From: an uncultured Verrucomicrobiota bacterium
GTDB lineage: Bacteria; Verrucomicrobiota; Kiritimatiellia; RFP12; UBA3636
Length of the DNA stretch: 55,569 bases
Reading direction: 5' to 3'
Assembly: GCA_946624575.1 (NCBI GenBank)
Contig: CAMOSH010000003.1
Span: forward strand, 1 to 55,569
A program made the position numbers and the translations under genes. Shown here in pieces: positions 29,189 to 39,017 of this stretch. Below the pieces are notes generated by a model that saw only the letters and a list, made by a program, of their open reading frames with translations, did not search any database and had not been told where the DNA came from. Position 1 is the stretch's first letter; each line of letters begins with the position of its first letter.

Positions 29189-30106
29189 ATGTCCAAATCC
29201 GGCAGAAGCGAAACCGCGATCGAACTTGCAGTGGGCGCGTTCGTCGCGATTGTTTTCACCGGTCTTGCGGTGTTCACCATCGCCATTTCCGGGAAAAGCC
29301 TTTTTCGCAAGGACGTGTTCCAGCTCGAAACGGTGCTGCCGGACGCAATGGGCCTGCGCCGCAACGACCCCGTAATAGCCAAGGGCACCACCGTCGGCGC
29401 GGTTTCGGACGTCTTCTACGACAAGGATGGCGTCCACGTGAAGGCCAAGCTCGAAGCGCCTGTCGAGTTCCACGAGGGCTACGAAATAACCGTCGTGGCG
29501 ACGTCGATTCTCGGCGGGCGCCAGTTGATGCTCCGCGAAGGCGATCCTTCCGCTCCGGTGGTTCCGGAAGGCACCGTGCTCAAGGGACTTCGCCCGTCGG
29601 ACTTGATGGAAGACGCCGCCGCGGCAGTCGCCAAGGTGCGCGAGTTTCTCGACACCGACGCTCTCGACAACCTCCGGGCGTTCTCGGAAAATCTGAAGAA
29701 CATCGGGGCGCGGCTCGACGCCGGCGAGGGAACTCTCGGGCGGCTGCTTTCGTCCGACGACACCATCTACCGCAATCTCGACGAAGCGGTGGCCGACGCC
29801 AAGGCGGCGATCGCCGACCTGAAGTCGATCGCCGCGCGACTGGAAGCCGGCGAGGGAACTCTCGGACGGTTGCTTTCGTCCGACGATACCGTCTATCGCG
29901 ACATTTCAGAGGCGGTCGCCAACGTGAAGTCGATTTCCGCGCGCCTTGAGGCGGGGGAGGGGACTCTTGGCCGACTCCTGTCGTCCGACGACGAATTGTA
30001 CCGCAACGTCAACGGCACCGTCGCCGATGCCCGCGAGCTTCTGGACGACATGCGCGAAGCAAACACGCTTTCGACGTTCACGTCCCTACTTTTCAGCGGA
30101 TTCTGA
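29189..30106 (+). CDS. MCE/MlaD family protein
   Basis: N-terminal TM (ELAVGAFV), MCE domain (GL....V...G..VG.V; SILGG), helical tail with GEGTLGRLL repeats. Confidence 0.88.
   Translation: MSKSGRSETAIELAVGAFVAIVFTGLAVFTIAISGKSLFRKDVFQLETVLPDAMGLRRNDPVIAKGTTVGAVSDVFYDKDGVHVKAKLEAPVEFHEGYEITVVATSILGGRQLMLREGDPSAPVVPEGTVLKGLRPSDLMEDAAAAVAKVREFLDTDALDNLRAFSENLKNIGARLDAGEGTLGRLLSSDDTIYRNLDEAVADAKAAIADLKSIAARLEAGEGTLGRLLSSDDTVYRDISEAVANVKSISARLEAGEGTLGRLLSSDDELYRNVNGTVADARELLDDMREANTLSTFTSLLFSGF
29708..30004 (+). repeat. Three intragenic repeats ARL(D/E)AGEGTLGRLLSSDD..YR
   Basis: Copies start near 29708, 29834 and 29939. Confidence 0.85.
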
Positions 30107-30175
30107 CGCCGCCTCACCGGTCGGCGTGGCCCGCATTCAAACGCAATCAGGCGCGAACGCGCGCGGAATCCAGAC

Positions 30176-31297
30176 ATGACGAGAGAAGAAGTCTCCGGCA
30201 CGGACATCGCCGTTCGAACGGCTGGCGGCGTCTGCCCAATCGTCGCCGAATCCGGCGCACTCGGCAAACTCGGCGCGATCGCCGCCGCAGCAGTTCGCGG
30301 TCGGTCGGCCTGCGTCGTGACTGATTCCAATGTGGCGCCGCTTCACCTCGAAGCCGCCGTCAAACCGTTGCGCGACGCAGGGTTCGCCGTAGCAACGCAC
30401 GTGATTCCCGCCGGCGAGCGGAGCAAGACCCCCGAAGGCCTTGTTTCGCTCTGGGACGCTTTTTCCCGCGCGGGCCTCACGCGCTCCGATCTGGTGGTCG
30501 CGCTTGGCGGCGGCGTCGTGGGCGACCTGGCCGGTTTCGCCGCCGCTACCTGGCTTCGCGGCGTAGCCGTCATCCAGGTGCCGACATCGCTTCTGGCGTT
30601 CGTCGATTCGTCAATCGGAGGAAAAACCGCAATCGACCTGCCAGCCGGAAAAAATCTGGCGGGTGCATTCCATCAGCCTGTCGCAGTGGTGGCCGATCCT
30701 CGCTTTCTGCGCACGTTGCCCGCACCAGAAATCGCGCAAGGCATGGCGGAAGTCGTGAAGTACGGCTGCATACTGGACGCGGATTTCTTCTCCTTTCTTG
30801 AGGGCGTTTCGACGCGGGGGCCCGGCGAATCCGATTTCGCAAGGATCATAAGGCGATGCGCCGAAATGAAGGCCGACATCGTTTCGCGCGACGAGCGCGA
30901 GGGCTCGCTGAGGAAGCTGCTGAACTTCGGGCACACAGTCGGCCACGCAATCGAAAAGACGCTGGGCTACGGCGTCGTTTCGCATGGCGAGGCCGTGGCG
31001 GCAGGCTCGGTGGCGGCAGTGCGCATCGGCGAGGCGCTTGGCGTGACGCCCAAAGGCTCCGCGAATCGCATCGCCGCGCTGCTGCGCGCGTTTTCCCTGC
31101 CGGATGGCGCGGCCGCGATCGGTCCCGAGGCCGCCGATCCGGACAGCATCGCCGCGGCGATGCTCTCCGACAAGAAGAAATTCGGGGCCGACATACATTT
31201 TATCCTGCTCCGGCGCATCGGTGAGGCAACCATATTCCCAATGACCGCCGCGAAGATCCGCGAGTTTCTTCCCGCCGCGTTGGCGGCGGCGGACTGA
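30176..31297 (+). CDS. aroB: 3-dehydroquinate synthase
   Basis: GGGVVGDLAGF, PTSLLAFVDSSIGGKT, GKNLAGAFHQP, LNFGHTVGHAIE, HGEAVA. Confidence 0.96.
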   Translation: MTREEVSGTDIAVRTAGGVCPIVAESGALGKLGAIAAAAVRGRSACVVTDSNVAPLHLEAAVKPLRDAGFAVATHVIPAGERSKTPEGLVSLWDAFSRAGLTRSDLVVALGGGVVGDLAGFAAATWLRGVAVIQVPTSLLAFVDSSIGGKTAIDLPAGKNLAGAFHQPVAVVADPRFLRTLPAPEIAQGMAEVVKYGCILDADFFSFLEGVSTRGPGESDFARIIRRCAEMKADIVSRDEREGSLRKLLNFGHTVGHAIEKTLGYGVVSHGEAVAAGSVAAVRIGEALGVTPKGSANRIAALLRAFSLPDGAAAIGPEAADPDSIAAAMLSDKKKFGADIHFILLRRIGEATIFPMTAAKIREFLPAALAAAD

Positions 31298-31308
31298 GGC
31301 GGCGGCAA

Positions 31309-32757
31309 TCAGGGAACGAAGATAGCGCAGAAGGGGAGTCCTGGGGCGCCAGTGGCTTCAAGAATCCGCCGCACTTGCGGGGAGGATGTGTCGGAGCAGT
31401 CGATGCGGAGCGGGATCGCGCCAAGCGCGTCCACTGCGGAAACGACTTCGGGATTTTGAAGCGTTTCAGCGTCGAAGCGAGCGCATTCGCGGCACCAATC
31501 GGCGGCGAGATCGAGCAGCAGCGGCGCCTGCAGCGCGCGGGCGGTGGCGACGGCGGCCGTCTCGTCGACCAGCCATTCAATTTGCCGCGACGTAGCGGCT
31601 CCATCGCCGCCGCCGAGAGTCAGGCCGGCGCGCTCCTGGCGTTCGGGCAGCGCCAGCCGCACCATGGAGACGAGCTGCCAGATTGCAAGGGCGGCGAATA
31701 CGAAAGCATAGCCACGGCGCAGACGCGGCATCCAGTCGCCGGGGCGCGGGAGGAACGCGATTCCCGCTCCCAGCGCCGGCCACGGCAATGCCATGCCGAT
31801 GCCAAGCAGGAACGGAAGCGCCGCGCCGAGTGCAGGCCGCCCCGCCGCGGAGAAATCGGCCGCTAGCACCAGCGTGGAGGCCAGCACGGGCGCGACGCAC
31901 GCCCCAGACAGCAGCGCCGCAACGGCGCCGAGGGCAAACGCGCGTGCGGCGTCGGCCATTTTTCGCGAGCCGACTGGCTTTCCGGCGGACGTACCACCTG
32001 GATTCCCAATGCGTATCCGCGATCGCAATCCGGAAAGGTCGAATGACACAAGGTCAGCCGACGCGGCCGAAAAAAAAGCGAACAGAGCGAACAGAGCGGC
32101 GTGAAACCATGGCGATCCGTGCCAGGCTCCGAATGCCGCGCCGCCGCGCGCGGCCGCAAGTCCAAGCGATCCGAACGCCGTGGCAATTCCGGCTCCGTAG
32201 AAAAAGCCGTTCGCCGCGCCACGCCGCCTCGATCCCCCTGATGTGACACCTGCTCCAAGCAGCGCCAGATTCACCGGAACAAGCGGCAGCACGCAAGGCG
32301 AGAGATTCAGGAGAAATCCGCCGCCAAGCAATGCCAGCGCAAGCAGCAGCACACCGCCTCTGGAATGCGCCCGCGCAAGAGCCCCTGCGGCGTTCGCCGG
32401 ATGGTCGGTGCCTTCGAGAAAGTCCACGAATTCGCGAGGCGAAAGCGCTCCCATGCACGAGCGCTCCATCTGCATTGATTCGACGCCGCCCGCGCGGATC
32501 GCGGCGCCGCCCGATTCCGCCTGGGCTGGGCCGACGAATCGGCAGACGCCGTCCTCCCCGCATACGACTCCACTTGGCAGCGCGGCGGTGACGTCGCCGT
32601 TGGCAGCGGGGGCGGCGGGGAGGAGAACAGCAAACGCAGCCGCGAGAACAATGCCTGCGACGATTACGCAGTGAGCGGCGGCGGGCGACATGCGGCGCGA
32701 CGACAGGGCTGGGGCGGCGACTTGTCTGCCGCGTTCGTTTCTTGTGTTCGCGTTCAT
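31309..32757 (-). CDS. DsbD/CcdA-like thiol:disulfide interchange membrane protein with C-terminal thioredoxin domain
   Basis: LNLSPCVLP, GACVAP, G.GMALPW, LPRPGDWM, ADWCREC. Confidence 0.85.
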   Translation of the reverse strand: MNANTRNERGRQVAAPALSSRRMSPAAAHCVIVAGIVLAAAFAVLLPAAPAANGDVTAALPSGVVCGEDGVCRFVGPAQAESGGAAIRAGGVESMQMERSCMGALSPREFVDFLEGTDHPANAAGALARAHSRGGVLLLALALLGGGFLLNLSPCVLPLVPVNLALLGAGVTSGGSRRRGAANGFFYGAGIATAFGSLGLAAARGGAAFGAWHGSPWFHAALFALFAFFSAASADLVSFDLSGLRSRIRIGNPGGTSAGKPVGSRKMADAARAFALGAVAALLSGACVAPVLASTLVLAADFSAAGRPALGAALPFLLGIGMALPWPALGAGIAFLPRPGDWMPRLRRGYAFVFAALAIWQLVSMVRLALPERQERAGLTLGGGDGAATSRQIEWLVDETAAVATARALQAPLLLDLAADWCRECARFDAETLQNPEVVSAVDALGAIPLRIDCSDTSSPQVRRILEATGAPGLPFCAIFVP

Positions 32758-34671
32758 TCAGTCGTTTTCGGGTGCCGTGTTTGAGAAAGGCGGGGGCCAG
32801 ACGAAGTCGCGTGTGCCATCGGGGCGAAGCCTGCACACCGAACAGGGCCGCGATGGAGTCACTCCGCGAATGCGCGGCGCGGTGCGGGTGCCCGCGCATT
32901 CGGACGACGGCGGCAACCCGGAGACTTCGCACACCTGCGCCTCCTCGACGGATTGCGGCATCGGTGCAAACCAGGGCGCGGAAGTTGGATCGGGGCGAAG
33001 TGCGCGGAAAATGCCCCACGCGAACGGAGCTGCGGCCGAGATGCCCGTTATGGCGGCGTCGCCGAAGCGTCCTGACTGGTGCCCGCACCATACGGCAAGC
33101 GCAAGCTGGGGCGTCCAGAGAGCGGTCCAGGCATCGCGGCGGGCCGCGGAGGTGCCCGTTTTCCAGGCCGCGCGCGGAAGATCGCCGTCGGCACGATGCC
33201 CGAATGCAGCCATCGAGCGTTCCGGCCCGGAAAGGATGTCCGACACGATCCAAGCGGCCGCGTCGCCGTCAGAGGCCTCTCTTGCGAGCTTCGCGTAGGC
33301 GCGGGCGAGATCGACGAGTCTGATTGGGGCGTTGCCCACGACGATTCCGAGGCCGTGGGCATTGGGGTCGGTGCCAACGCTTGGAAAACCGGCTTCGCGC
33401 ACCGCCGCAAGCGCTTCGACAGGACCGAGGCGCCGCGCGACGTGGAAAAACGGAATGTTGAGGGAACGCACCAGCGCCTCGTCCGCCCTGACCGCGCCGC
33501 GGTGCCGGTCTCCGGAATTTGTTGGACGAAACGCGCCGAATTCAACCGGAGAATCAGGAAGGGCTTCGGTCGGGGCGAGCAGTCCGCGGCGCAGCGCCCG
33601 CGCGAACACGAATGGCTTGAGCGTCGATCCGGCGTGGCGCAGAGCCAGTGCGGTGTTAACCTGTCCGTCTTGCGCCCCAAAGTAGTCGCCGGAACAGGCG
33701 AGGGCGATGACGTCGCCAGTTGGCACGTCGACTAGCACGGCCGCCGCGGAGCATCCAAGTGTCTCGGCGCGCTCGCGGACGGCACTTTCGAGCAGCGTCT
33801 GCGCCTGCGGGTCGAGCGGCGTCGTGAAATCGGCGGCGCCGGCCGGGAGCAGCTCCGCCGCAGCCCAGTCGCAGTAATGGGGATGGAGGAATGGACGCGG
33901 ATCGCGTCGCACCAGCGGGATTTCGGCGCGCGCCGCGGCCACGCGGTCAGGCGGCGCGAGTCCTAGCTGCTCGACGCGGGTGAGGACGTAGTCGCGGCGG
34001 CGGAGCGCACGTTCAAGCCATCGGTCTGGGCGGAAACGCGACGGCGCCTGCACGATTCCGGCCAGAAGCGCCGCCTCGCCTAGCGACAGGTCGTGCGGAT
34101 CCTTTCCAAACCAGCCGTGCGCCGCCGCTTCGGCGCCGACAAGGTTCGAGCCGAAGGGAGAGCGGTTGAGATACTGGGAGAGGATCCAGTCCTTTGAGCG
34201 CGCGCGCTCCATCTTGAGCGCCTGCACAAACTCCACCCATTTCCATCGCATGGTGCGCGGATGCGGGGTAATGAGCCGCGTCGTCTGCTCGGTAATGGTG
34301 GATGCGCCGGAAATGCGGCGGCCGAAAAAGACATTCTGCGCGATGGCGCGTGCCAAAGCGCGGAGGTCGGCGCCACCATGGGAAAAGAAGCGCTTGTCCT
34401 CGGAGGCGACCATGGCCTTGACGAGCCAGTCATCGCGCGAAGGGACATACCAGGGGCGGCAATCCGTGTCGCCCGGACCTAGTGACACGCGCATCACGGC
34501 GCCTTCTCTATCTCGCAGCACGACCCCGGCGGGAAACGTTTCCGCTTCGGCCAGCGGAGGCTCGATGAGCGCCCACGACACCGCGACTGCGACGACCGAC
34601 GCCACTGCGGACGCAATCGCTGCCGCGAGAAGCGCGCGTCGTATCGCGCGCAATATACGCCGCGCGGTCAT
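32758..34671 (-). CDS. pbpC: Penicillin-binding protein 1C (transglycosylase-transpeptidase)
   Basis: EDKRFF.H.G.D, SGASTITEQ, YLN..PFG.N..G, GSTLKPF, SLN, KTGTS; ATGA overlap with the radical SAM gene stop. Confidence 0.9.
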   Translation of the reverse strand: MTARRILRAIRRALLAAAIASAVASVVAVAVSWALIEPPLAEAETFPAGVVLRDREGAVMRVSLGPGDTDCRPWYVPSRDDWLVKAMVASEDKRFFSHGGADLRALARAIAQNVFFGRRISGASTITEQTTRLITPHPRTMRWKWVEFVQALKMERARSKDWILSQYLNRSPFGSNLVGAEAAAHGWFGKDPHDLSLGEAALLAGIVQAPSRFRPDRWLERALRRRDYVLTRVEQLGLAPPDRVAAARAEIPLVRRDPRPFLHPHYCDWAAAELLPAGAADFTTPLDPQAQTLLESAVRERAETLGCSAAAVLVDVPTGDVIALACSGDYFGAQDGQVNTALALRHAGSTLKPFVFARALRRGLLAPTEALPDSPVEFGAFRPTNSGDRHRGAVRADEALVRSLNIPFFHVARRLGPVEALAAVREAGFPSVGTDPNAHGLGIVVGNAPIRLVDLARAYAKLAREASDGDAAAWIVSDILSGPERSMAAFGHRADGDLPRAAWKTGTSAARRDAWTALWTPQLALAVWCGHQSGRFGDAAITGISAAAPFAWGIFRALRPDPTSAPWFAPMPQSVEEAQVCEVSGLPPSSECAGTRTAPRIRGVTPSRPCSVCRLRPDGTRDFVWPPPFSNTAPEND

Positions 34672-36167
34672 GACGCTCCGCCGCTTTTTCGCGCGGCGCG
34701 AAAATCGAGCAGGTGACCGAACACGCGCAATGCTGCACGCGCCAGAAACGCGACATCCGCAAGCGAGCGTATGGAGCGCAGCTGGCGCCAGACAAAACGC
34801 GGCGTCGCGAATGAGGCGTAGAGTCCGCGAACCAGGGCGCGCAGTTCGTCGTCGGGAATCGGGCAGCGCATCACGGGCTCGCGCATGTCGTAGCGATCCC
34901 AGTCCTCGGTGCGAAGCCAGCCATTCTTGCGGCACTCGCGGAAGAGCGGTGTGCCGGGGTAGGGGATGACGATGGTTGCCTGCAGGGTGTCGATCCAACC
35001 CCGGTCGAAAAGCGAACGGGTGAGCGCGATCGTGCGGCGGGCGTCATCGGCCGTTTCCCAGGGATAGCCGATCATGCAGGTGACGTGCGGGCGCAGGCCG
35101 GCCTCGTGTGCAAGCCGCATGGATTCCTCGACGTTCTTGGCGAGCGGGCATTTGTTGATGCGTTCGAGGGTTGCGTGCTGCGCGCTTTCGAGTCCGAAGA
35201 GGACGAATTTGAAACCCGCCCGCGCCATGAGCCGGTACTGCTCCGCGTCAAGCGCTCCGGGAATCATGTTGCAGCCGAGAGTGACGCGACTGGCGAGCCC
35301 GGAGGCGACCATTCCCTCGCAGAATTCGCGCAGCCACGCGCCGGTCGGGAAGCATCCGGAATCGTCGAATATCTCCTTCGCGCCACGCCGCTCTACGAGA
35401 TGCCGGATTTCGTCCAGCATCTGTGACGGAGTCCGCCGGCGCCATTCCGGGTAGAGGGTGGTCCAGGAGCAGAACGAGCATTTTCCCCACCAGCAGTCGC
35501 GCGCGGCCATCGTGTACGTGCCCGGCAGGCGACGGAAGTTCCCGTTGGCGCGGCTGTAAAGTTCCCAGCGGGTCAAGTCGCGGTCGATTTCCGGCAGTTC
35601 CTCCAGATTGTGTTCCCGGTTGCAGAATGGGCCCGTGGTTTCGGGTTTCCCGTTAGCGCCGCGCCACCAGATCCCTTTGGGGAAATTCGCCTTTAGCCGC
35701 TCGTCCGTGTCCGCGCCGGCCGCAAGCGCGTCGGCCAGCTCGGCGACGGTGAAATCGTAGTCGCCCCCGCAAAGCGCGAAGTCGGCTCGCGAATTCGCAA
35801 GCGTCTCTTCAGGCATAGCCGTCACGTGGTCGCCGCATAGGACAATGCGGCATTGCGGCGCAATCTCCTTGAGATGATCCACTTTGCGCCAAGTGGCCTT
35901 TACCACCGGCGTTTTTGTTTCCAGCAGGAACAGGTCCGGACGAAATGCGGTGAAGCGCTCGTCGAAGCGTTCCTGCGTGAGGCCTTCCGCTATGCCGTCG
36001 AGCCAGAGCACTTCGTGGCCGCGCTTTTTCAAAAGCGTTGCCGCGGACGCCGGCACCATCGGATAGACGAATGTCGGACGCGAGAACCACTGGAACTGCC
36101 GGTTCTGCGAAAGAAGCGGAACTCCAAGATCCGATTCGAGCGGGACGTATCCTACAGCTATGCGCAT
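34668..36167 (-). CDS. B12-binding radical SAM protein
   Basis: N-terminal cobalamin-binding-like region, CWWGKCSFC cluster motif, FGLES, MIGYPWET, PYPGTPL. Confidence 0.9.
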   Translation of the reverse strand: MRIAVGYVPLESDLGVPLLSQNRQFQWFSRPTFVYPMVPASAATLLKKRGHEVLWLDGIAEGLTQERFDERFTAFRPDLFLLETKTPVVKATWRKVDHLKEIAPQCRIVLCGDHVTAMPEETLANSRADFALCGGDYDFTVAELADALAAGADTDERLKANFPKGIWWRGANGKPETTGPFCNREHNLEELPEIDRDLTRWELYSRANGNFRRLPGTYTMAARDCWWGKCSFCSWTTLYPEWRRRTPSQMLDEIRHLVERRGAKEIFDDSGCFPTGAWLREFCEGMVASGLASRVTLGCNMIPGALDAEQYRLMARAGFKFVLFGLESAQHATLERINKCPLAKNVEESMRLAHEAGLRPHVTCMIGYPWETADDARRTIALTRSLFDRGWIDTLQATIVIPYPGTPLFRECRKNGWLRTEDWDRYDMREPVMRCPIPDDELRALVRGLYASFATPRFVWRQLRSIRSLADVAFLARAALRVFGHLLDFRAARKSGGAS

Positions 36168-36241
36168 GAGGTGGACGGGTTGGGGAGGAGGGAGCGGCGA
36201 ACCGAGGGAGGGCTGCGGCGGAAATGGGAATCGCCAGCCTG

Positions 36242-36553
36242 TCAGGAATTCCTGCGGTAGCGAAGGTAGAGCGCGGCGTCGAGCGACACGAGGCAGAGCA
36301 GCGCGAAGTAGAACCAGAAGAGCCAGTGAAGTCCAGGCGCAGGTGCGCCGTCGGCTGCGGCCTTGGCGCCGGTTTCGCGCCACAGCGCCAGCATCTTGCC
36401 GATGCCGGCGACGTAGCCGATCATTATCAGCGACAGAAACACAGGGCTTTTCCCGCGGACGACCTTGGTGCGCAGGGTCTTTGCTATGGAGAACGGCCAG
36501 CTCGCGCCGAAGCATACGAGCATCAGTGCCTCAAGAACGGAAGAGAGTGTCAT
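36242..36553 (-). CDS. Small 3-TM PQ-loop/SemiSWEET-like membrane protein
   Basis: LEALMLVCFGASWPFSI.K..RTK...GKS..FL. Confidence 0.75.
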   Translation of the reverse strand: MTLSSVLEALMLVCFGASWPFSIAKTLRTKVVRGKSPVFLSLIMIGYVAGIGKMLALWRETGAKAAADGAPAPGLHWLFWFYFALLCLVSLDAALYLRYRRNS

Positions 36554-37395
36554 TTCAATTCAGCGGAAGTCCGTTGTCTTTTGCGGGAAAGCAGAAATGT
36601 CGCGCCCACGAGAAACCGGTCAAGCAGTACGCACGCGAACAGCAGCGGATGGCGCAGAACGCGCCGCCATTTTCCATTTTCGGCGAAGACGCCGAAGAAC
36701 CGGTAGCGCATTCCAAGCTGCCGCTTGAGCGCCGGATGTCCGGCGCCCCATTTGGCGACATACCTGTCGGCGAATCCTGAGTAGTAGTCCTTTTTGCGCA
36801 GGTGCCGCCGCCACGTGAAAGCGCCCTCGTCGTGAAGCAGCGCTCCGTCCGTGATAGCCGTCTTGGCCCCGGCATCGGCGCACTGGATGTCAAGATCCCA
36901 GTCCTCGAAAGCCGAGAGGTCCTGGTCGTATCCGCCTGTCTTTTCCAGGAGTGTTTTGCGGAAAATGCGCAGCGCGTCTATGCAGGTGCCGTCGTAGAAC
37001 GAACGTTCAAAGTCGCGGACGCGAATCCACCAGGAGTTGCCGACTCGCTTCTCGCGGACGTACAGCGCGTCGGGCGCGCCTGGCGCGGCCGTCCTGCGCA
37101 GGATTTCGTCGAGCGTCGCCTCTGGCAGGCGCATGTCGGCGTCGAGGAAAATCACCCACGGGGCGGTCGCCTCGCGCCAGCCGCGATTGCGCTGCGCGCT
37201 TCGCTCCGGTCCCTGTTCGAACACGCGTGCGCCGGCGGCGGCGGCGATTGCGGCGGTGTCGTCGGTGGAGTGGTTGTCGACGACTATTGTCTCCACCTGC
37301 CCGCGCGCCATCGCGGCGGCAAGGCAGGAAAGACACGCGCCGATGTTGGACGCCTCGTTCCGCGTCGGAACAACTATTGAAAGCAGCGGAGCCAC
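36550..37395 (-). CDS. Glycosyltransferase family 2
   Basis: SIVVPTRNE, VVDNHSTD, RSAQRNRG, FLDAD, FEDWD. Confidence 0.92.
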   Translation of the reverse strand: MAPLLSIVVPTRNEASNIGACLSCLAAAMARGQVETIVVDNHSTDDTAAIAAAAGARVFEQGPERSAQRNRGWREATAPWVIFLDADMRLPEATLDEILRRTAAPGAPDALYVREKRVGNSWWIRVRDFERSFYDGTCIDALRIFRKTLLEKTGGYDQDLSAFEDWDLDIQCADAGAKTAITDGALLHDEGAFTWRRHLRKKDYYSGFADRYVAKWGAGHPALKRQLGMRYRFFGVFAENGKWRRVLRHPLLFACVLLDRFLVGATFLLSRKRQRTSAELK

Positions 37396-37405
37396 GAGTC
37401 TCGTT

Positions 37406-38476
37406 TCAGAGTTTGAATCCGATTTCCGGCTCGGCGGGCAGCGAACTCAGCACGTCCGCAAGAAGCTGCGCCGAGTTGTCCAGGTCCTCCAAGTCGATTG
37501 TCTCGACCGACGAGTGCATGTACCGCAGCGGAATGGAGAGCTGGACGACCGGGACTCCGGCGCGCGTGTGACGCATGACGAATCCGTCGGTCCCGTTGCC
37601 GCGGTTGCGCGGCTGGATTTGAAGCGGGATCCCGGATTTTTTCGCCGTTCTCCGGAACAGTTCGCAGGCAGAGGGATCGTAGTTCGGCCCGACTCCGAGC
37701 ACGGGACCGCCGCCGAGCGAAATTTCAGCCACGGATTTCGGCGTCCCCTGCGGGTCGTCTGTCGCGAACGTGACGTCCACGCTAATTCCGAAATGCGGGT
37801 CGATCCCGTATGCGGCCACTTTTGAGCCAAGCAGTCCAAGTTCTTCCTGCGTGGCGCTCACGAAATGCAGCGCAACTTTCGGGCGCGTCCCGGAAAGTCG
37901 CCGCAGCGCGTCCATGACCACGAATACGCCGCAACGGTCGTCAAACGCACGGGCGCTCGCCCTGGTTCCGCACAATCTGCGGAAAGGCGCGTCGGCGGTG
38001 CCGAATGTACCGACGGGCGCCACGGCCTCTGCCGCCGCCTTGGAACTGGCTCCGATGTCGATCCAGAGTTCGTCGATTTCTCCGACTCCGGCTTCGCGCT
38101 CCTTCGGTTTCATCAGGTGGATCGCCTTGCGACCGATCACTCCCGGCACCTGCCCCCTGGGGCCCATCAGAAGGACGCGCTCGCCGGGCAGCAGCTGCTT
38201 GTTGACGCCGCCGACAAGCGTGAAGAACAGAAATCCGCGTTTGTCGATGTACTGGACGAGAAGTCCGTTTTCGTCGCAGTGCGCGTCAATCATGACGCGG
38301 TACGGCGCGCCAGGGTTCTTGACGGCGTGGAGGTTGCCCATCCGGTCGAGGTGGATTTCGTCCGCATGGCCTTCGACGTACTTTGCGACCAGACGCTGCC
38401 CTTCGATTTCGCGGCCGCTTGGAGTCTGGGTTTCGCAGAGCGCGCGAAGAAACTTGAGTTGTTTCGAGTCTAACAT
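37406..38476 (-). CDS. M42 family metallopeptidase
   Basis: PSGRE, AHCDE, AFDDRCG, QEELGL.G, DVTFA, PLRYMHS..E. Confidence 0.92.
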   Translation of the reverse strand: MLDSKQLKFLRALCETQTPSGREIEGQRLVAKYVEGHADEIHLDRMGNLHAVKNPGAPYRVMIDAHCDENGLLVQYIDKRGFLFFTLVGGVNKQLLPGERVLLMGPRGQVPGVIGRKAIHLMKPKEREAGVGEIDELWIDIGASSKAAAEAVAPVGTFGTADAPFRRLCGTRASARAFDDRCGVFVVMDALRRLSGTRPKVALHFVSATQEELGLLGSKVAAYGIDPHFGISVDVTFATDDPQGTPKSVAEISLGGGPVLGVGPNYDPSACELFRRTAKKSGIPLQIQPRNRGNGTDGFVMRHTRAGVPVVQLSIPLRYMHSSVETIDLEDLDNSAQLLADVLSSLPAEPEIGFKL

Positions 38477-38534
38477 TGGATGTGAGGTTGATTGAGGTTG
38501 ATGTTGTCAAAGATGCTTGGCGCGTCAGACGGCG

Positions 38535-39017
38535 TCAAGGCAGAAAGAAGCGGCGAATCGTCAGGACTCCGCGCAGACGGCCTCCGGGCATTGCGTCCGC
38601 CGAAACGGCCACCGCGACGCCGCCGCGGGAAAGCGCGTCTTCGATCGATTCCACGAATGCCGTTGCGTCGGGCGACGCAAATGGAACTTCCTCTTCGGCG
38701 ACGCGGAGCGCGGAATCGCGCACCTGGCGAAATCCGGCCGTGGCGCTTGGCTCTTGCGGACTGCGCCCCGCCGCGTCCGCAACGAGGGCCCCAAGCGCCG
38801 CACGGTATTCGCGCTCTGCGGCAAGTTCCTTTGCAAGTTGGCCGTCCTGCAGCTCCGCCTTGATGGCCCGCGCCGCCGCCGAGGCCTTTCCCGCGGCGGT
38901 TCCACGCGCCGCCGCCAGCGCGACGAGCGCAAGCGCCGCCACGATTGTCGCCGCGCAGATCGCGGCGCTGCGCGCAATCGGGCCGCTGGAGCGAGAGATG
39001 TCGTCCGCCATGTTCAT
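38535..39017 (-). CDS. Hypothetical protein with TM and coiled coil, GspM/PilO-like position
   Basis: N-terminal TM then helical region; ATGA overlap with the upstream GspL-like gene. Confidence 0.5.
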   Translation of the reverse strand: MNMADDISRSSGPIARSAAICAATIVAALALVALAAARGTAAGKASAAARAIKAELQDGQLAKELAAEREYRAALGALVADAAGRSPQEPSATAGFRQVRDSALRVAEEEVPFASPDATAFVESIEDALSRGGVAVAVSADAMPGGRLRGVLTIRRFFLP

